The translations under genes were made by a program, and so were the position numbers. From NCBI RefSeq assembly GCF_001194135.2, contig NC_068988.1:92921775-92957187 (forward strand): 35,413 nt of DNA, in the 5' to 3' direction. The DNA is from Octopus bimaculoides (Eukaryota). Of this stretch, positions 23,581 through 34,802 are shown piece by piece (the stretch's first letter is position 1; each line of letters opens with the position of its first letter). The notes below the pieces were generated by a model, which was not told the DNA's origin, ran no database searches, and worked only from the letters and a program-made list of their open reading frames with translations.

Positions 23581-24502
23581 TCAAAATCTCTGTCAGTACC
23601 AGCTGAGTAGTGGAGTCGATTTAATCAATTATGCCCACCCCGAAATTTCAGGCCTTGTGCCATTTGTATGAAATTAAAAATGGTAGCAACGACGGTTCCT
23701 ACGGAACAACCATGTTTAAGTGGTGATAAATATCACTTCTCACTGTAGTCACTGCTTTCATCTCTTATAGAGATTTTCGAACTCGCTACTTTGCTTGTTG
23801 CAAGATCAGTGACTGGTTGTCACTTGTTCTCTATATATTGCGATCTGTAGTGAACTACTGCTGTCTGTAGTGGACGAGTATCCACCACCAAGGATGTCCA
23901 CAAAGTGGTCGAAATCGTACGGTCTGGTGGTGCCATGGCTGGAAGATGATAGGTGTTCACTCCCCATCTTACAATATATATCGGATACAGACTGCATCGA
24001 ATAACCACCTGGAAGAGGCGTCCCCCTGCGGCTAAAATGGTTGGAACGTCGGGTCCTACGGAACAATTAATGCTTAAGTGACGATAACGATTACTTCTCA
24101 ATGAAAAAATAATTCTTATTTCCATATTTTTCATTACAACTGTTCCCATATAACAGTTTTACTATACAAATATTATTGTTTTCACAAGGTCTGTCTTACA
24201 CGCGCATGACAAAAGAGAGAGAGCAAACCTCATAATACTTAATTGTTTTTGTATTGAAAATATTTTTCGCATAAAAAAGTTTTCCTGCATAAATTTTAGT
24301 TTTGCAGTGGAAGGAATATCATATTTTACTGACCAATTTTCGCCATTGTTCAGCTTAATGTTTACAAGTTGTTCAATGAATTTTTATTCTATATACGTGT
24401 GTATTTATAATGTATGTATTTACGTGTATATTCGTGTGTGTATGTATGTATAAAATTATGTATGTATATAATTGTATGTATATATATATATTTCTTTTAG
24501 AG

Positions 24503-24842
24503 ATGGAAATATCAAATGAATATCATTTATCTCCTCTGAAAGTGTTGCTGGCTTTCAGCTTTATCTGTTTTGGGAATTTGGCAAGTGGAGGCCCATATAA
24601 TTTTGCTGGGCAAAGTTACTTTGAAAAACTACCTGTATCAAAATGCTTCCCGAATTTAAAACAGAGAGTAGTAAAACCGGTGGCATCCATAATTGAATGT
24701 GCATCACATTGTTTACAAAAGAAATATAGCTTCTTTAGCTATTGCGATGAGGAATGTAAACTATATGAAAAGGAAAAGGGAGAGATTAAGATGGGATCTG
24801 AAAGTTGCTCGTGTACCCTGTATTTTAAGTTACAAAGTGACG
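24503..24842 (+). CDS. Gene B exon 1: signal peptide + PAN/apple-like module of an uncharacterised secreted protein
   Basis: Acceptor TTTCTTTTAG ending 24500, ATG 24503, hydrophobic KVLLAFSFICFGNLASG, motif SIIECASHC..FFSYCDEECKLYE, donor G|GTATGT (phase 1). The ORF-track start at 24410 is microsatellite-derived. Confidence 0.85.
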
Positions 24843-24954
24843 GTATGTAAATAACACTTTCTTGAAATTAAATTATTTTCTTTATTGCCCACAAGGGGCT
24901 AAACATAGAGGGGACAAACAATATTTAGCCCCTTGTAGGGAGTAAAGAAATAAG

Positions 24955-25154
24955 AAACGTTAGCACGCCGGGCGAAATGCTTAGAGGTATTTCGTCTGTC
25001 TTTACATTCTGAGTTCAAACTCCGCCGAGATTGACTTTACCTTTCATCCTTTCGGGGTTGATATATTAAGTACCAGTTGCGTACTAGGGTCGATCTAATC
25101 AACTGGCCCCCTCCCCAAAAAATTTCGGGCCTTGTGCCTAGAGTAGAAAACAAT
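24955..25154 (+). mobile_element. SINE family alpha (tRNA-like head + Nin/Deu-like core), intron 1 of gene B
   Basis: CGTTAGCACGCCGGGCGAAATGC..GAGTTCAAACTCCGCC (B-box-like), core CCTTTCATCCTTTCGGGGTTGATA..AAGTACCAG. Confidence 0.9.
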
Positions 25155-25347
25155 AAATATTTCTCCTTATAATCTGTCTTTCGCATTTTAGTTATTTGGA
25201 TATTTTTGGCAAACTACGAGTTACACCGAAAATAAGATACAAAAGACAATACGCTGGGGCACATAGTTCGATAGCAGCAAAGAATTTTGTCTTTCACTGC
25301 TTCGAGACAATTGAATTTGGAGATTTGTTAGAATTACAAAACACATA

Positions 25348-25510
25348 GGCGCAGGAGTGGCTGTGTGGTAAGTAGCTTGCTTACCACCTACATTGTTCCG
25401 GGTTCAGTCCCACTGCGTGACACCTTGAGCAAGTGTCTTCTCCTATAGCCTCGGGCCGACCAAGGCCTTGTGAGTGGATTTGGTAGACGGAAACTGAAAG
25501 ACGCCCGTCG

Positions 25511-25556
<46 letters not shown>

Positions 25557-25780
25557 TGTATGAGTGTGTATATGTTCGTGTGTCTGTGTTTGTCCCCCAA
25601 CATCGCTTGACAACCGATGCTGGTGTGTTTACGTCCCCGTAACTTAGCTGTTCGGCAAATGAGACCGATAGAATAAGTACTAGGCTTACAAAGAATAAGA
25701 TCTGGGGTTGATTTGCTCGACTAAAGGCGGTGCTCCAGCATGGCCGCAGTCAAATGACTGAAATATGTAAAAAAAAAAAA
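25348..25780 (+). mobile_element. SINE family beta, full-length, intron 1 of gene B
   Basis: A-box-like TGGCTGTGTGG, B-box-like GGTTCAGTCCC, internal (TA)n, 3' module, poly(A) tail. Confidence 0.9.
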
Positions 25781-27246
25781 GTACATTAAAACTCTTACCA
25801 GATGTGTAGAAGAATATTCTGTAGATTTCATTCGCGAAATTCATTATTTAACATAATGTCAAACGTAAGGCCGAATGGAATCGGTTGAGCCACTGATACA
25901 ATGCTGTGCCGTATCTAATAACGTCGCTTTCAAATTCTGTCAGAGTCCACTTGGTCTTTCTTCCACCAAGGGTCTATAAACTAAGCACCAGCTAATTACT
26001 ATGGTCCTTGAGATAGTCTGTACCCTCTCCTTAAATCTGTGGAACCTTCCCATTCAGAAATTAATATTAGGTCGAATAATTTCGTTTTAAAATATTACAA
26101 AATATCAGGGCAAATCGAACGCAGAATACATCGTTTATGTGTCTGCTTTACTATCTCATTCGCTTGTGTCACTGGGATTTTGCTGATCTGCAATACATTA
26201 CCACATTATGTATAATGACTTAGTATCTACTGAAGACATTTCTTTATTTTGTTAAACCCATATAACTCCGTTTAGCGACTCAGTTCACCAGGGACCAATA
26301 AGACTAAAATATGTCCCTTGCCGGGAAACAAACGGCAGATCTTTTCCTTGCTGAAGGTAAATAAATTTTAAATTCCTCGAAATTATCTCCACTTACCTTT
26401 GATAGTCACGGAACGGTAACAGTAGGTTTTTGTTTACTCCCTCTCCAACTAAGAGTGAAATTTTACTGAAGGACAAGTAATGATAAATGTAAGTGGAGAA
26501 ATGTAAGTAGAGTAAATATTCCTTTATCAATTAGTCTCTTTAAATGAACTTACTGAGACGATTAAAACATCTTACGGCCTTAGTTGAAAAATAATTACAA
26601 AAACTGAATTCAATTAAACTCTTATAGTCATTAAATTGACAGAATCAATTCTTCAGTATATTTATTCTCATAACAAAACTGCTTTTTAAGCAATGAAACA
26701 CTACAAGATTGTGTCATAGCATGGCTCCAGCTTGACTGTAACCAGCAAAACTGTATTCAGTCTGACTAAATCAAATCTATTGTAGATAGATATCTTCTCT
26801 GAATAATTTATTCTCTGGAGAACTGATAGTTTTCTACACCAACAAGGGTACATTCTTGTACATTTACTTACTAATTCTCCAACCACCACTTCAGTAAGTG
26901 CATGGAAGTTAATACCTCACTGATGAGGACGTGATAAAACTGAAGCATGTTAGTTATTATCTCCCCTACTTGCCAAAATAATTAGAATTATACTACTACT
27001 TTATATTGTTCACCCCCCCCCCCTTTGCTTAACACTACCTGAACTGTTTTTCAGGTAGATGGCATGTATGAATTAGTCTTTAAGAAATATCATTTTTCTA
27101 ATGTTAATTAAGGACTTATATTCTCATGATATTTATCAATTAAACTTTTTATTCATAACTCTTTCTCTAAATTATGAAATTTTAGCTTAAAGCCTTGTTT
27201 GTAATCTTACAACTAAAACATTCGTAATTATTTATCCTTCACACAG

Positions 27247-27341
27247 GTCCAGAAAATTATGTGAATATATTTGAAATAGAAGGAGGTGGCTTTTTAAAAA
27301 ATCCGCTTTATCTGTATTGGGACAGTTTACCTATTAAAGAG
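27247..27341 (+). CDS. Gene B exon 2 (phase 1 to 0): (G)PENYVNIFEIEGGGFLKNPLYLYWDSLPIKE
   Basis: Acceptor TTTATCCTTCACACAG, donor GTAAAA; phase-compatible; paralogous to 2808-2899. Confidence 0.85.
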
Positions 27342-27571
27342 GTAAAACAATTTTCAGTTTTTCATAAATTATTGTCCTGTAAAAAAAGGTAAAAAATAAC
27401 ACAAATATCGCCTGCTACATTTGTATTTGGTTTGTAAGATCCCTGATGTGAATTTGTGTGTAGAAGCATAGTTTTGGTGTATCTCAAGGAGTGACATTAT
27501 GCCAATTAAAAACACATGACCTGGTTCTATTTCACTTATTTATTAAGTATTTCACAATGGATTAACTATTT

Positions 27572-27706
27572 AACGGACGCTCCAACTTTATCAACAGTGA
27601 AAAAGTGGCCAGCCGAATTTAAGAGGGGAACGGAGAGGACCCAAGGTCTGGGTGTCCTGCACCTGCCAGCACCGAAGAAAACATGATGATGGATGACAGG
27701 CGATTG
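27572..27706 (+). mobile_element. Mariner N-terminal fragment
   Basis: DAPTLSTVKKWPAEFKRG / EDPRSGCPAPASTEEN..MDDRR (frameshift), matching the mariner pattern W...FKRGR.S.EDD.RSGRP. Confidence 0.75.
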
Positions 27707-27713
27707 TTTCAGT

Positions 27714-27775
<62 letters not shown>

Positions 27776-27916
27776 NNNNNNNNNNNNNNNNNNNNNNNNN
27801 NNNNNNNNNNNNNNNNNNNNNNNNNNNNNNNNNNNNNNNNNNNNNNNNNNNNNNNNNNNNNNNNNNNNNNNNNNNNNNNNNNNNNNNNNNNNNNNNNNNN
27901 NNNNNNNNNNNNNNNN

Positions 27917-27974
<58 letters not shown>

Positions 27975-28019
27975 CGTATTCTCGTATTCTCGTTGAGAAT
28001 ATCTGGTTAGAAATATGGA

Positions 28020-28200
28020 AGGAAAAATGTGAAATTGTGCTTCAAAATACAAAGGCCTTACCGCGAAAACTTGAAGAAAATGGTGAAAGCATTGAAAGAG
28101 TGAAGAGAGGGTTTGAAAGATTTTATGAGAGAACTGTCTCATACTTAAATCTATGGAAAGGAAATTTAGGGCTTCAAAGTTGGGACAACACAGATATTTT
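28020..28200 (+). mobile_element. Possible DNA-transposase (hAT-like) C-terminal remnant
   Basis: LEENGESIERVKRGFERFYERTVSYLNLW resembles an FY...YL..W motif; no catalytic motif seen. Confidence 0.3.
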
Positions 28201-28479
28201 AAGTACAAAAAAAAGGGGACAGTTTACTTTTAATTGCAAAGAAAAACACATATTAATAAAAGGAATTTTAGTGCTGTAGTAGAATCCTACTACACCAGCT
28301 GAACGCATCTTTTTCTGCAGTAAATGGAATGCACCTTTCCGTAGCAGTTGAGGTCAGATTGACGAGAAGCCATACGTGTGGAGATGCAAACCATCTAAAA
28401 GCTTTCTGTCAGGTGCACACATACAAAATGAGAAAATGAGGAATCCTCCAGCCTCTGCTTTCATCAACTTCACCATAAC

Positions 28480-29260
28480 AGCAGCATGAGCAACAAGAGA
28501 TGCAGCATCAGCATCAACAGCGGCTATCCGAAGAGCAGCAATATAAACAAATCAACAAAGGACGCACTAAAAGAACGAGATAAACAGTCGACAATATCAG
28601 TAGCAGACAGCAATGCCATTTCCAAGGAAAAGAAAAATGTGACGTACAGCACCACAACCCCAAGAGACTTCACTCAGTCAAACTCCCGACACAGAAATAC
28701 AAGAATGCGCAAAATACCCATTACACCTGCCACAGATTTCTCCGACATTGAAAACTCGTCTCAGTTTGGGAGTGACGCCAGAATGGATACTTGTAAAGGA
28801 AAAGAGATTTTAAAAAATGGACAATTGAAAATGCAGCAGCAGACAAAACACGAAGAGATTAGAGGACAAGACACAGAAACAGACAGACCATCACACCAGG
28901 CACATCAACAACACTAACATCAACACAACTACAAACATTTTCAACACTAGAAACACCACCAGTATTAAAAACACATCGACAAACGAGAACACATCACAAT
29001 GGAAACCAACAACATGAACAGCATCCACAGACCTTGCAATCAAAAGGTATCGTCAAATATACGACCATACACAGAAAGAATAACGAAGCATATTCCTCAA
29101 TACTCACAATGAATACATCACAAATCCACATAACACTCCAACTCATATAAGCATCATAAAAACAGCGCAAGAAATCTACAACAAACTAAAAACAAAATAT
29201 CCCAAGGGAATGGGAAATTTCGAGAGCTATCAATGAAAATTCTACAAAGACATGCTTGCA
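28480..29260 (+). mobile_element. A/C-rich low-complexity region, possible decayed LINE ORF1 upstream of the Tx1-like ORF2
   Basis: Strong A/C strand bias, ORF 28486-28917, adjacent to the ORF2 start; no diagnostic motif. Confidence 0.3.
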
Positions 29261-29310
29261 GAGATACCCAGATCTAGCTGGAAGGATGGAAAATCTATCC
29301 CTTCACAAAA

Positions 29311-30338
29311 ATGTTCATACTCATAATAGGTGATGTGAATGCATTAGTCTGGGGTCGTCTTGGATGTAGAGACGCCTGCTCAATGATCTCAAATCACTAG
29401 ACATCGATGCGGTGGCTATCGGCGTTCCCAGAATTTCCGAGGCACGAGCATTTGTACCCATCTTCGGTGACTACGAACTGTATGCATCTCTAAAACTTCC
29501 GGCAATGGATGATGGAGTAGTTGCGTTGTTTCGGAAAGGTCTTGATCTCTGAATACGGATCATTTTCCTACACTCAGAAAAGAAATCGGTGGAGCTGGAC
29601 ATGACTTACATCATAAGCCATGCCTTCAGAATAGAAGCACAAAGGATATCCTTCTCCACATCAGACCGAAGGGCGGGGTGTTTCAACACTATATCTACTT
29701 GCCCAGCGTGTGGTGTGGGTGGAAAACGCTCTCATCGCGTCTATCATTTACTACCCTCATACTGTTGTGTTTTGCCCTGCTTTGCGAATGGCGAAAATGG
29801 TGTGCTAACTGTTCAGCCTTCTACGACATCTCCAGTGTTTCTGTGGCGGGGAGCAGGTATAGTTGCCGTTTGTTAGACGCACTTTTCTGCTGCTAGTCTC
29901 CCTGTCAGTGCTGCAGTACTAGACGAAGCGTTAACCGAGGCTGGGCGCCCGATACCTGGAGAGTCCCTCAGATGCTTGCATCTCTCTGCCAGTAGAGCAA
30001 CGCAGTCGGTGGATGTTCTTTCGTCGCATTCCATAGAGGGTTAGTGAGGTGTAAGAGCGATATCGTCATCAGAGAACCTCTAGTCGTCGATGAGAAATCC
30101 ACTGGCTGCTCTGTTCCAGAGGACTTTCGGACCAGGGTCTATGGATACTATACAAAGATATCTGTTAAGGCAGTGGTAAGTGGTACTAGACTGGCATTGC
30201 TGGTTCGAGATGAACTCTTCAGGTATGGTAATGCCATAAGCCATGCCTGTCCGAGATGCGAGCAGAGCAACGAAACTGTCCTTCACGCACTCGGATATTG
30301 CTCGAGCATCGTTGATTTGTGGAGTCATGTTGAACAGT
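29311..30338 (+). mobile_element. Heavily deleted Tx1/L1-type LINE ORF2 (endonuclease start, RT scraps, C-terminal zinc knuckle), intron 2 of gene B
   Basis: MFILIIGDVN..RRLLNDLKSLDIDAVAI..DGVVALFRKGLDL..AFRI (APE); CPRCEQSNETVLHALGYCSSIVDLWSHVEQFL (CCHC / zf-RVT). Confidence 0.8.
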
Positions 30339-30612
30339 TCCTCTCTCTACCATTTTCCTTCTTCGCCTTTTTCTCCCTCTCTATCTCTTCTCGCACTTTC
30401 TCCTCTGCCCTCACTCTCTTTCTCTTTATATATATCCACACTCACTCACACTCTCTCTTAAACTGTATCCTCCCTCTCACTCTTTATCTGTGTCTTCTCT
30501 TTGCGTCCTCTCTCCCTCCAACTCTCTCTCTCTCTCTCTCTCTTTCTTTCTCTCTCTCCCGTACCCTTCATCTCAGATTATTTCCCAATCCTCTTTTCCT
30601 TTCTACTTGCAG

Positions 30613-30767
30613 GTGAGATTAAGTCTGAGAGACAATTCCGGTGTTGTTCGACGTTTATCTTTCAATGGAACGGGGTCGAATCTTTCATCGTGGTTCCAGG
30701 AAGATAAAGTTATTTTTTCAGGCCAATGGACATTTCAGGGACAAGCAGAATTCTTTTTCAATAATTA
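30613..30767 (+). CDS. Gene B exon 3 (phase 0 to 2): VRLSLRDNSGVVRRLSFNGTGSNLSSWFQEDKVIFSGQWTFQGQAEFFFNN
   Basis: Acceptor TTTCCTTTCTACTTGCAG, donor TA|GTATGT; paralogous to 6164-6312. Confidence 0.85.
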
Positions 30768-30980
30768 GTATGTATTATTTATTATTCTGTTTTTTTTAAT
30801 GTTTTTTAAGTAACAAAATGGTTTGATGACAGAAACAGAGGACAGAAACCAAACAACCACGAGAAATTCATCCTTTATATAAATGATTACTTTAATTATT
30901 GCTTCTGTTTTATGCACAAGGTCAGCGATTTTGAGAGAAGGGAATTAATACTGTAAGGGATTAGTGGATATATATAATAC

Positions 30981-32008
30981 AAAAATAGGACAAGAACACA
31001 AAACATCCAGACAGTTAGGTGATACAAAAAAGGGACAACAAAACATCCAGACAGACGATACAAGGAAAACAAGGACAGGTCATTCGGAGTTTCCTATCCT
31101 CAGTCGAGTCCCAGATTATCTTTGCAATCTCGGCTGGTTATACTCGAGATTGCTCCAATCTAGCCATCCCCAAGGAAAAACTAAGCTAAGAGCATTAGAT
31201 TCTTTGGAAGAAAGCAGCGAATGTATACGAAAACAAGGACGGGGAAAAAACGAAAAATGTTCCACAAATACAAATGCAATTAACAGGACATAACAGGTGT
31301 CTTTCGACTAAGGATGAATTAAATTAAATAGCGTGTGTGGAAGTAAAGCCTCACGGCAAGAACATGAGATTATGCAGGCACAGGGAGGAATATAGATATT
31401 GCACGGATGGTAGTCGAACCAAGAAAGAAAAGTCAGGCTTGGCCGAACACCGGTCACGTGGTGAGAGAAGAGAGAGCAGTAGAGACAGAGGGATAGAAGA
31501 ATTAAGGTGGGGCGAGAAAAAATTGAAAGAGACACTGAAATGAAAGAGGAAGGAAAGTGAGCATGAAGAGAAGGTCAGGAAATGTGAGAGAGGGGGAACG
31601 AAAGAGCGAAGAGTGGAATGAACGAAGTGTGAAAGGGCTGATAGAAAGAAGGATAGAATGGAAGAATACAAAGAATAATAGAGTCGTACAAAATTTATAT
31701 ATATATATATATATATATNNNNNNNNNNNNNNNNNNNNNNNNNNNNNNNNNNNNNNNNNNNNNNNNNNNNNNNNNNNNNNNNNNNNNNTATATATAGATA
31801 TAGACTTACATATAAGAGACCAAAGTGTACGTACGCCGCTATATTTTATATATAAGAAATATAAAAATGGGACAAGAACGCAAAACATCCAGACAGTTAT
31901 GTGATACAAAAAAGTGACATCAAAACATCCAGACAGACGATACAAGGAAAACAAGGACGGGTCATTCGGAGTTTTCTTTCCTCGGTCGAGTTCCAGCTTA
32001 TCTTTGCA
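30981..32008. repeat. Two copies of a 146-bp repeat in direct orientation (30981-31126 and 31863-32008)
   Basis: GGACAAGAAC(A/G)CAAAACATCCAGACAGTTA.GTGATACAAAAAAG..CAGACAGACGATACAAGGAAAACAAGGAC.GGTCATTCGGAG..TTATCTTTGCA. Confidence 0.85.
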
Positions 32009-32225
32009 GTATATATATGAATGTGTGTTACAAGATCCCTGATGGACTAAGTGAAGTAGGAGGATACACGTGGATGGAAAAGGTCACTGACGAAGTCACA
32101 GATGTGTGACGAAAGATTTCTCGGGAATGGACATAGGATAAAATAAGAACAGTAATAAACGAGTGAAAAACAAATGCAGAGTGAATGCGTTTATTGGCAA
32201 AAAGATTGACTATCCCGAAATATAG

Positions 32226-32256
<31 letters not shown>

Positions 32257-33267
32257 ACGTGAGAGAGTTAGGGGTTGGGGGTACAACCCACTAAGGGATA
32301 GTATCTATCCGGTATACTGCTGGGAGGGTACCCAATTATTGCTGCACTAGTGCTATACTAGGTGCAATCAATGGGAGTGGGTAAAAGTGGAGGTTTTACC
32401 CAAAATTTGTATAACAATTAGAAAATGGAGGATAATATGCTGAACCCAACTACTTGCAGACGGTGTATCCCGTTGAATTCATTAGTTTAATTCATAGCAA
32501 AAGTGATAAAAAAGAAAGAAANNNNNNNNNNNNNNNNNNNNNNNNNNNNNNNNNNNNNNNNNNNNNNNNNNNNNNNNNNNNNNNNNNNNNNNNNNNNNNN
32601 NNNNNNNNNNNNNNNNNNNNNNNNNNNNNNNNNNNNNNNNNNNNNNNNNNNNNNNNNNNNNNNNNNNNNNNNNNNNNNNNNNNNNNNNNNNNNNNNNNNN
32701 NNNNNNNNNNNNNNNNNNNNNNNNNNNNNNNNNNNNNNNNNNNNNNNNNNNNNNNNNNNNNNNNNNNNNNNNNNNNNNNNNNNNNNNNNNNNNNNNNNNN
32801 NNNNNNNNNNNNNNNNNNNNNNNNNNNNNNNNNNNNNNNNNNNNNNNNNNNNNNNNNNNNNNNNNNNNNNNNNNNNNNNNNNNNNNNNNNNNNNNNNNNN
32901 NNNNNNNNNNNNNNNNNNNNNNNNNNNNNNNNNNNNNNNNNNNNNNNNNNNNNNNNNNNNNNNNNNNNNNNNNNNNNNNNNNNNNNNNNNNNNNNNNNNN
33001 NNNNNNNNNNNNNNNNNNNNNNNNNNNNNNNNNNNNNNNNNNNNNNNNNNNNNNNNNNNNNNNNNNNNNNNNNNNNNNNNNNNNNNNNNNNNNNNNNNNN
33101 NNNNNNNNNNNNNNNNNNNNNNNNNNNNNNNNNNNNNNNNNNNNNNNNNNNNNNNNNNNNNNNNNNNNNNNNNNNNNNNNNNNNNNNNNNNNNNNNNNNN
33201 NNNNNNNNNNNNNNNNNNNNNNNNNNNNNNNNNNNNNNNNNNNNNNNNNNNNNNNNNNNNNNNNNNN

Positions 33268-33300
<33 letters not shown>

Positions 33301-33449
33301 TATTATGGTACTTGTATTTCACACATTCACTTATGCCGATGATGGAAAGGTGACAAAACTAATAGTCATAAGAACAATCGTAAAAGATTTCATAATAAAC
33401 TTTACTGAATTATGCTTAAACTATCATTTCTCATATATGTTAGTTTCAG

Positions 33450-33550
33450 TCAACCTTGTTTTGAAATTAAAGCGAAATCTTCAACATCAACGCTTTGGCT
33501 TCAGGTATGCAATAATATCATGAAGTACTCAAATGGAACGGCAGCTACAG
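33450..33550 (+). CDS. Gene B exon 4 (phase 2 to 1): (Y)QPCFEIKAKSSTSTLWLQVCNNIMKYSNGTAAT
   Basis: Acceptor TTAGTTTCAG, strong donor G|GTAAGT; same phases as A exon 4. Confidence 0.7.
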
Positions 33551-33757
33551 GTAAGTAATTTTTTATTGTTAACTATTCTTATTGTGTGTGTGTGTGTCTG
33601 TGTGTGTGTGTGTGTGTGTAAGCATACAAACACACATACACATACATATACACATACATTCGTACAGACATACGTATGAATGTGATCATTCATATGCCTT
33701 TTTTTGAATAGAGCAATATGATGGCAGAATTGATAATGTCGCACCTTTTTGCTTTAG

Positions 33758-33825
33758 TAAAGGTCAGCGCTTATTGTCGGAAACAGAACAGACCTACGGA
33801 AATATTGCAGATTATTAAGTTGTGA
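33758..33825 (+). CDS. Candidate terminal exon of gene B: (V)KVSAYCRKQNRPTEILQIIKL*
   Basis: Phase-1-compatible acceptor CTTTTTGCTTTAG; no confirmed paralogous exon; the true exon could lie in a gap or beyond the window. Confidence 0.3.
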
Positions 33826-33851
33826 CGAAAACGAATCGAACAAGGTGAAAG

Positions 33852-33891
<40 letters not shown>

Positions 33892-34753
33892 CGCGTGAAC
33901 TAATGGTTACGGTTGCATTCACTATTGCAAGATGGTGTCTTGCGAACCAATGATGCGTTCTGTTCTTGAACAAAACACATTTCACGTTGGTCTGTAATTA
34001 ATTGTGGCTTATTTTGTCATTGTGCAGCACAAATATTTGATTCCCATAAGCATATCATCTGTGCAGCATGTATATGTATGAGTGTGCATATATATATATN
34101 NNNNNNNNNNNNNNNNNNNNNNNNNNNNNNNNNNNNNNNNNNNNNNNNNNNNNNNNNNNNNNNNNNNNNNNNNNNNNNNNNNNNNNNNNNNNNNNNNNNN
34201 NNNNNNNNNNNNNNNNNNNNNNNNNNNNNNNNNNNNNNNNNNNNNNNNNNNNNNNNNNNNNNNNNNNNNNNNNNNNNNNNNNNNNNNNNNNNNNNNNNNN
34301 NNNNNNNNNNNNNNNNNNNNNNNNNNNNNNNNNNNNNNNNNNNNNNNNNNNNNNNNNNNNNNNNNNNNNNNNNNNNNNNNNNNNNNNNNNNNNNNNNNNN
34401 NNNNNNNNNNNNNNNNNNNNNNNNNNNNNNNNNNNNNNNNNNNNNNNNNNNNNNNNNNNNNNNNNNNNNNNNNNNNNNNNNNNNNNNNNNNNNNNNNNNN
34501 NNNNNNNNNNNNNNNNNNNNNNNNNNNNNNNNNNNNNNNNNNNNNNNNNNNNNNNNNNNNNNNNNNNNNNNNNNNNNNNNNNNNNNNNNNNNNNNNNNNN
34601 NNNNNNNNNNNNNNNNNNNNNNNNNNNNNNNNNNNNNNNNNNNNNNNNNNNNNNNNNNNNNNNNNNNNNNNNNNNNNNNNNNNNNNNNNNNNNNNNNNNN
34701 NNNNNNNNNNNNNNNNTATATGTATATATATATAGGGAGAGTGAGAGAGAGAG

Positions 34754-34802
<49 letters not shown>

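Larger units (their letters stand above)
3683..34716. other. Assembly gaps (the ten larger N runs): 3683-4217, 5365-5790, 11821-11950, 12173-12346, 13055-13116, 18228-18280, 27776-27916, 31719-31788, 32522-33267, 34100-34716 (an eleventh lies at 692-710)
   Basis: Directly visible; most abut microsatellites; all poly-X ORFs in the track are artefacts. Confidence 0.99.

Noticed and set aside
25348-25430. tRNA gene
   Set aside because: A/B-box-like head runs directly into a SINE body present in several copies; no complete cloverleaf.
26920-26960. CTGATGAG as a hammerhead core
   Set aside because: No paired stem II and no GAAA.
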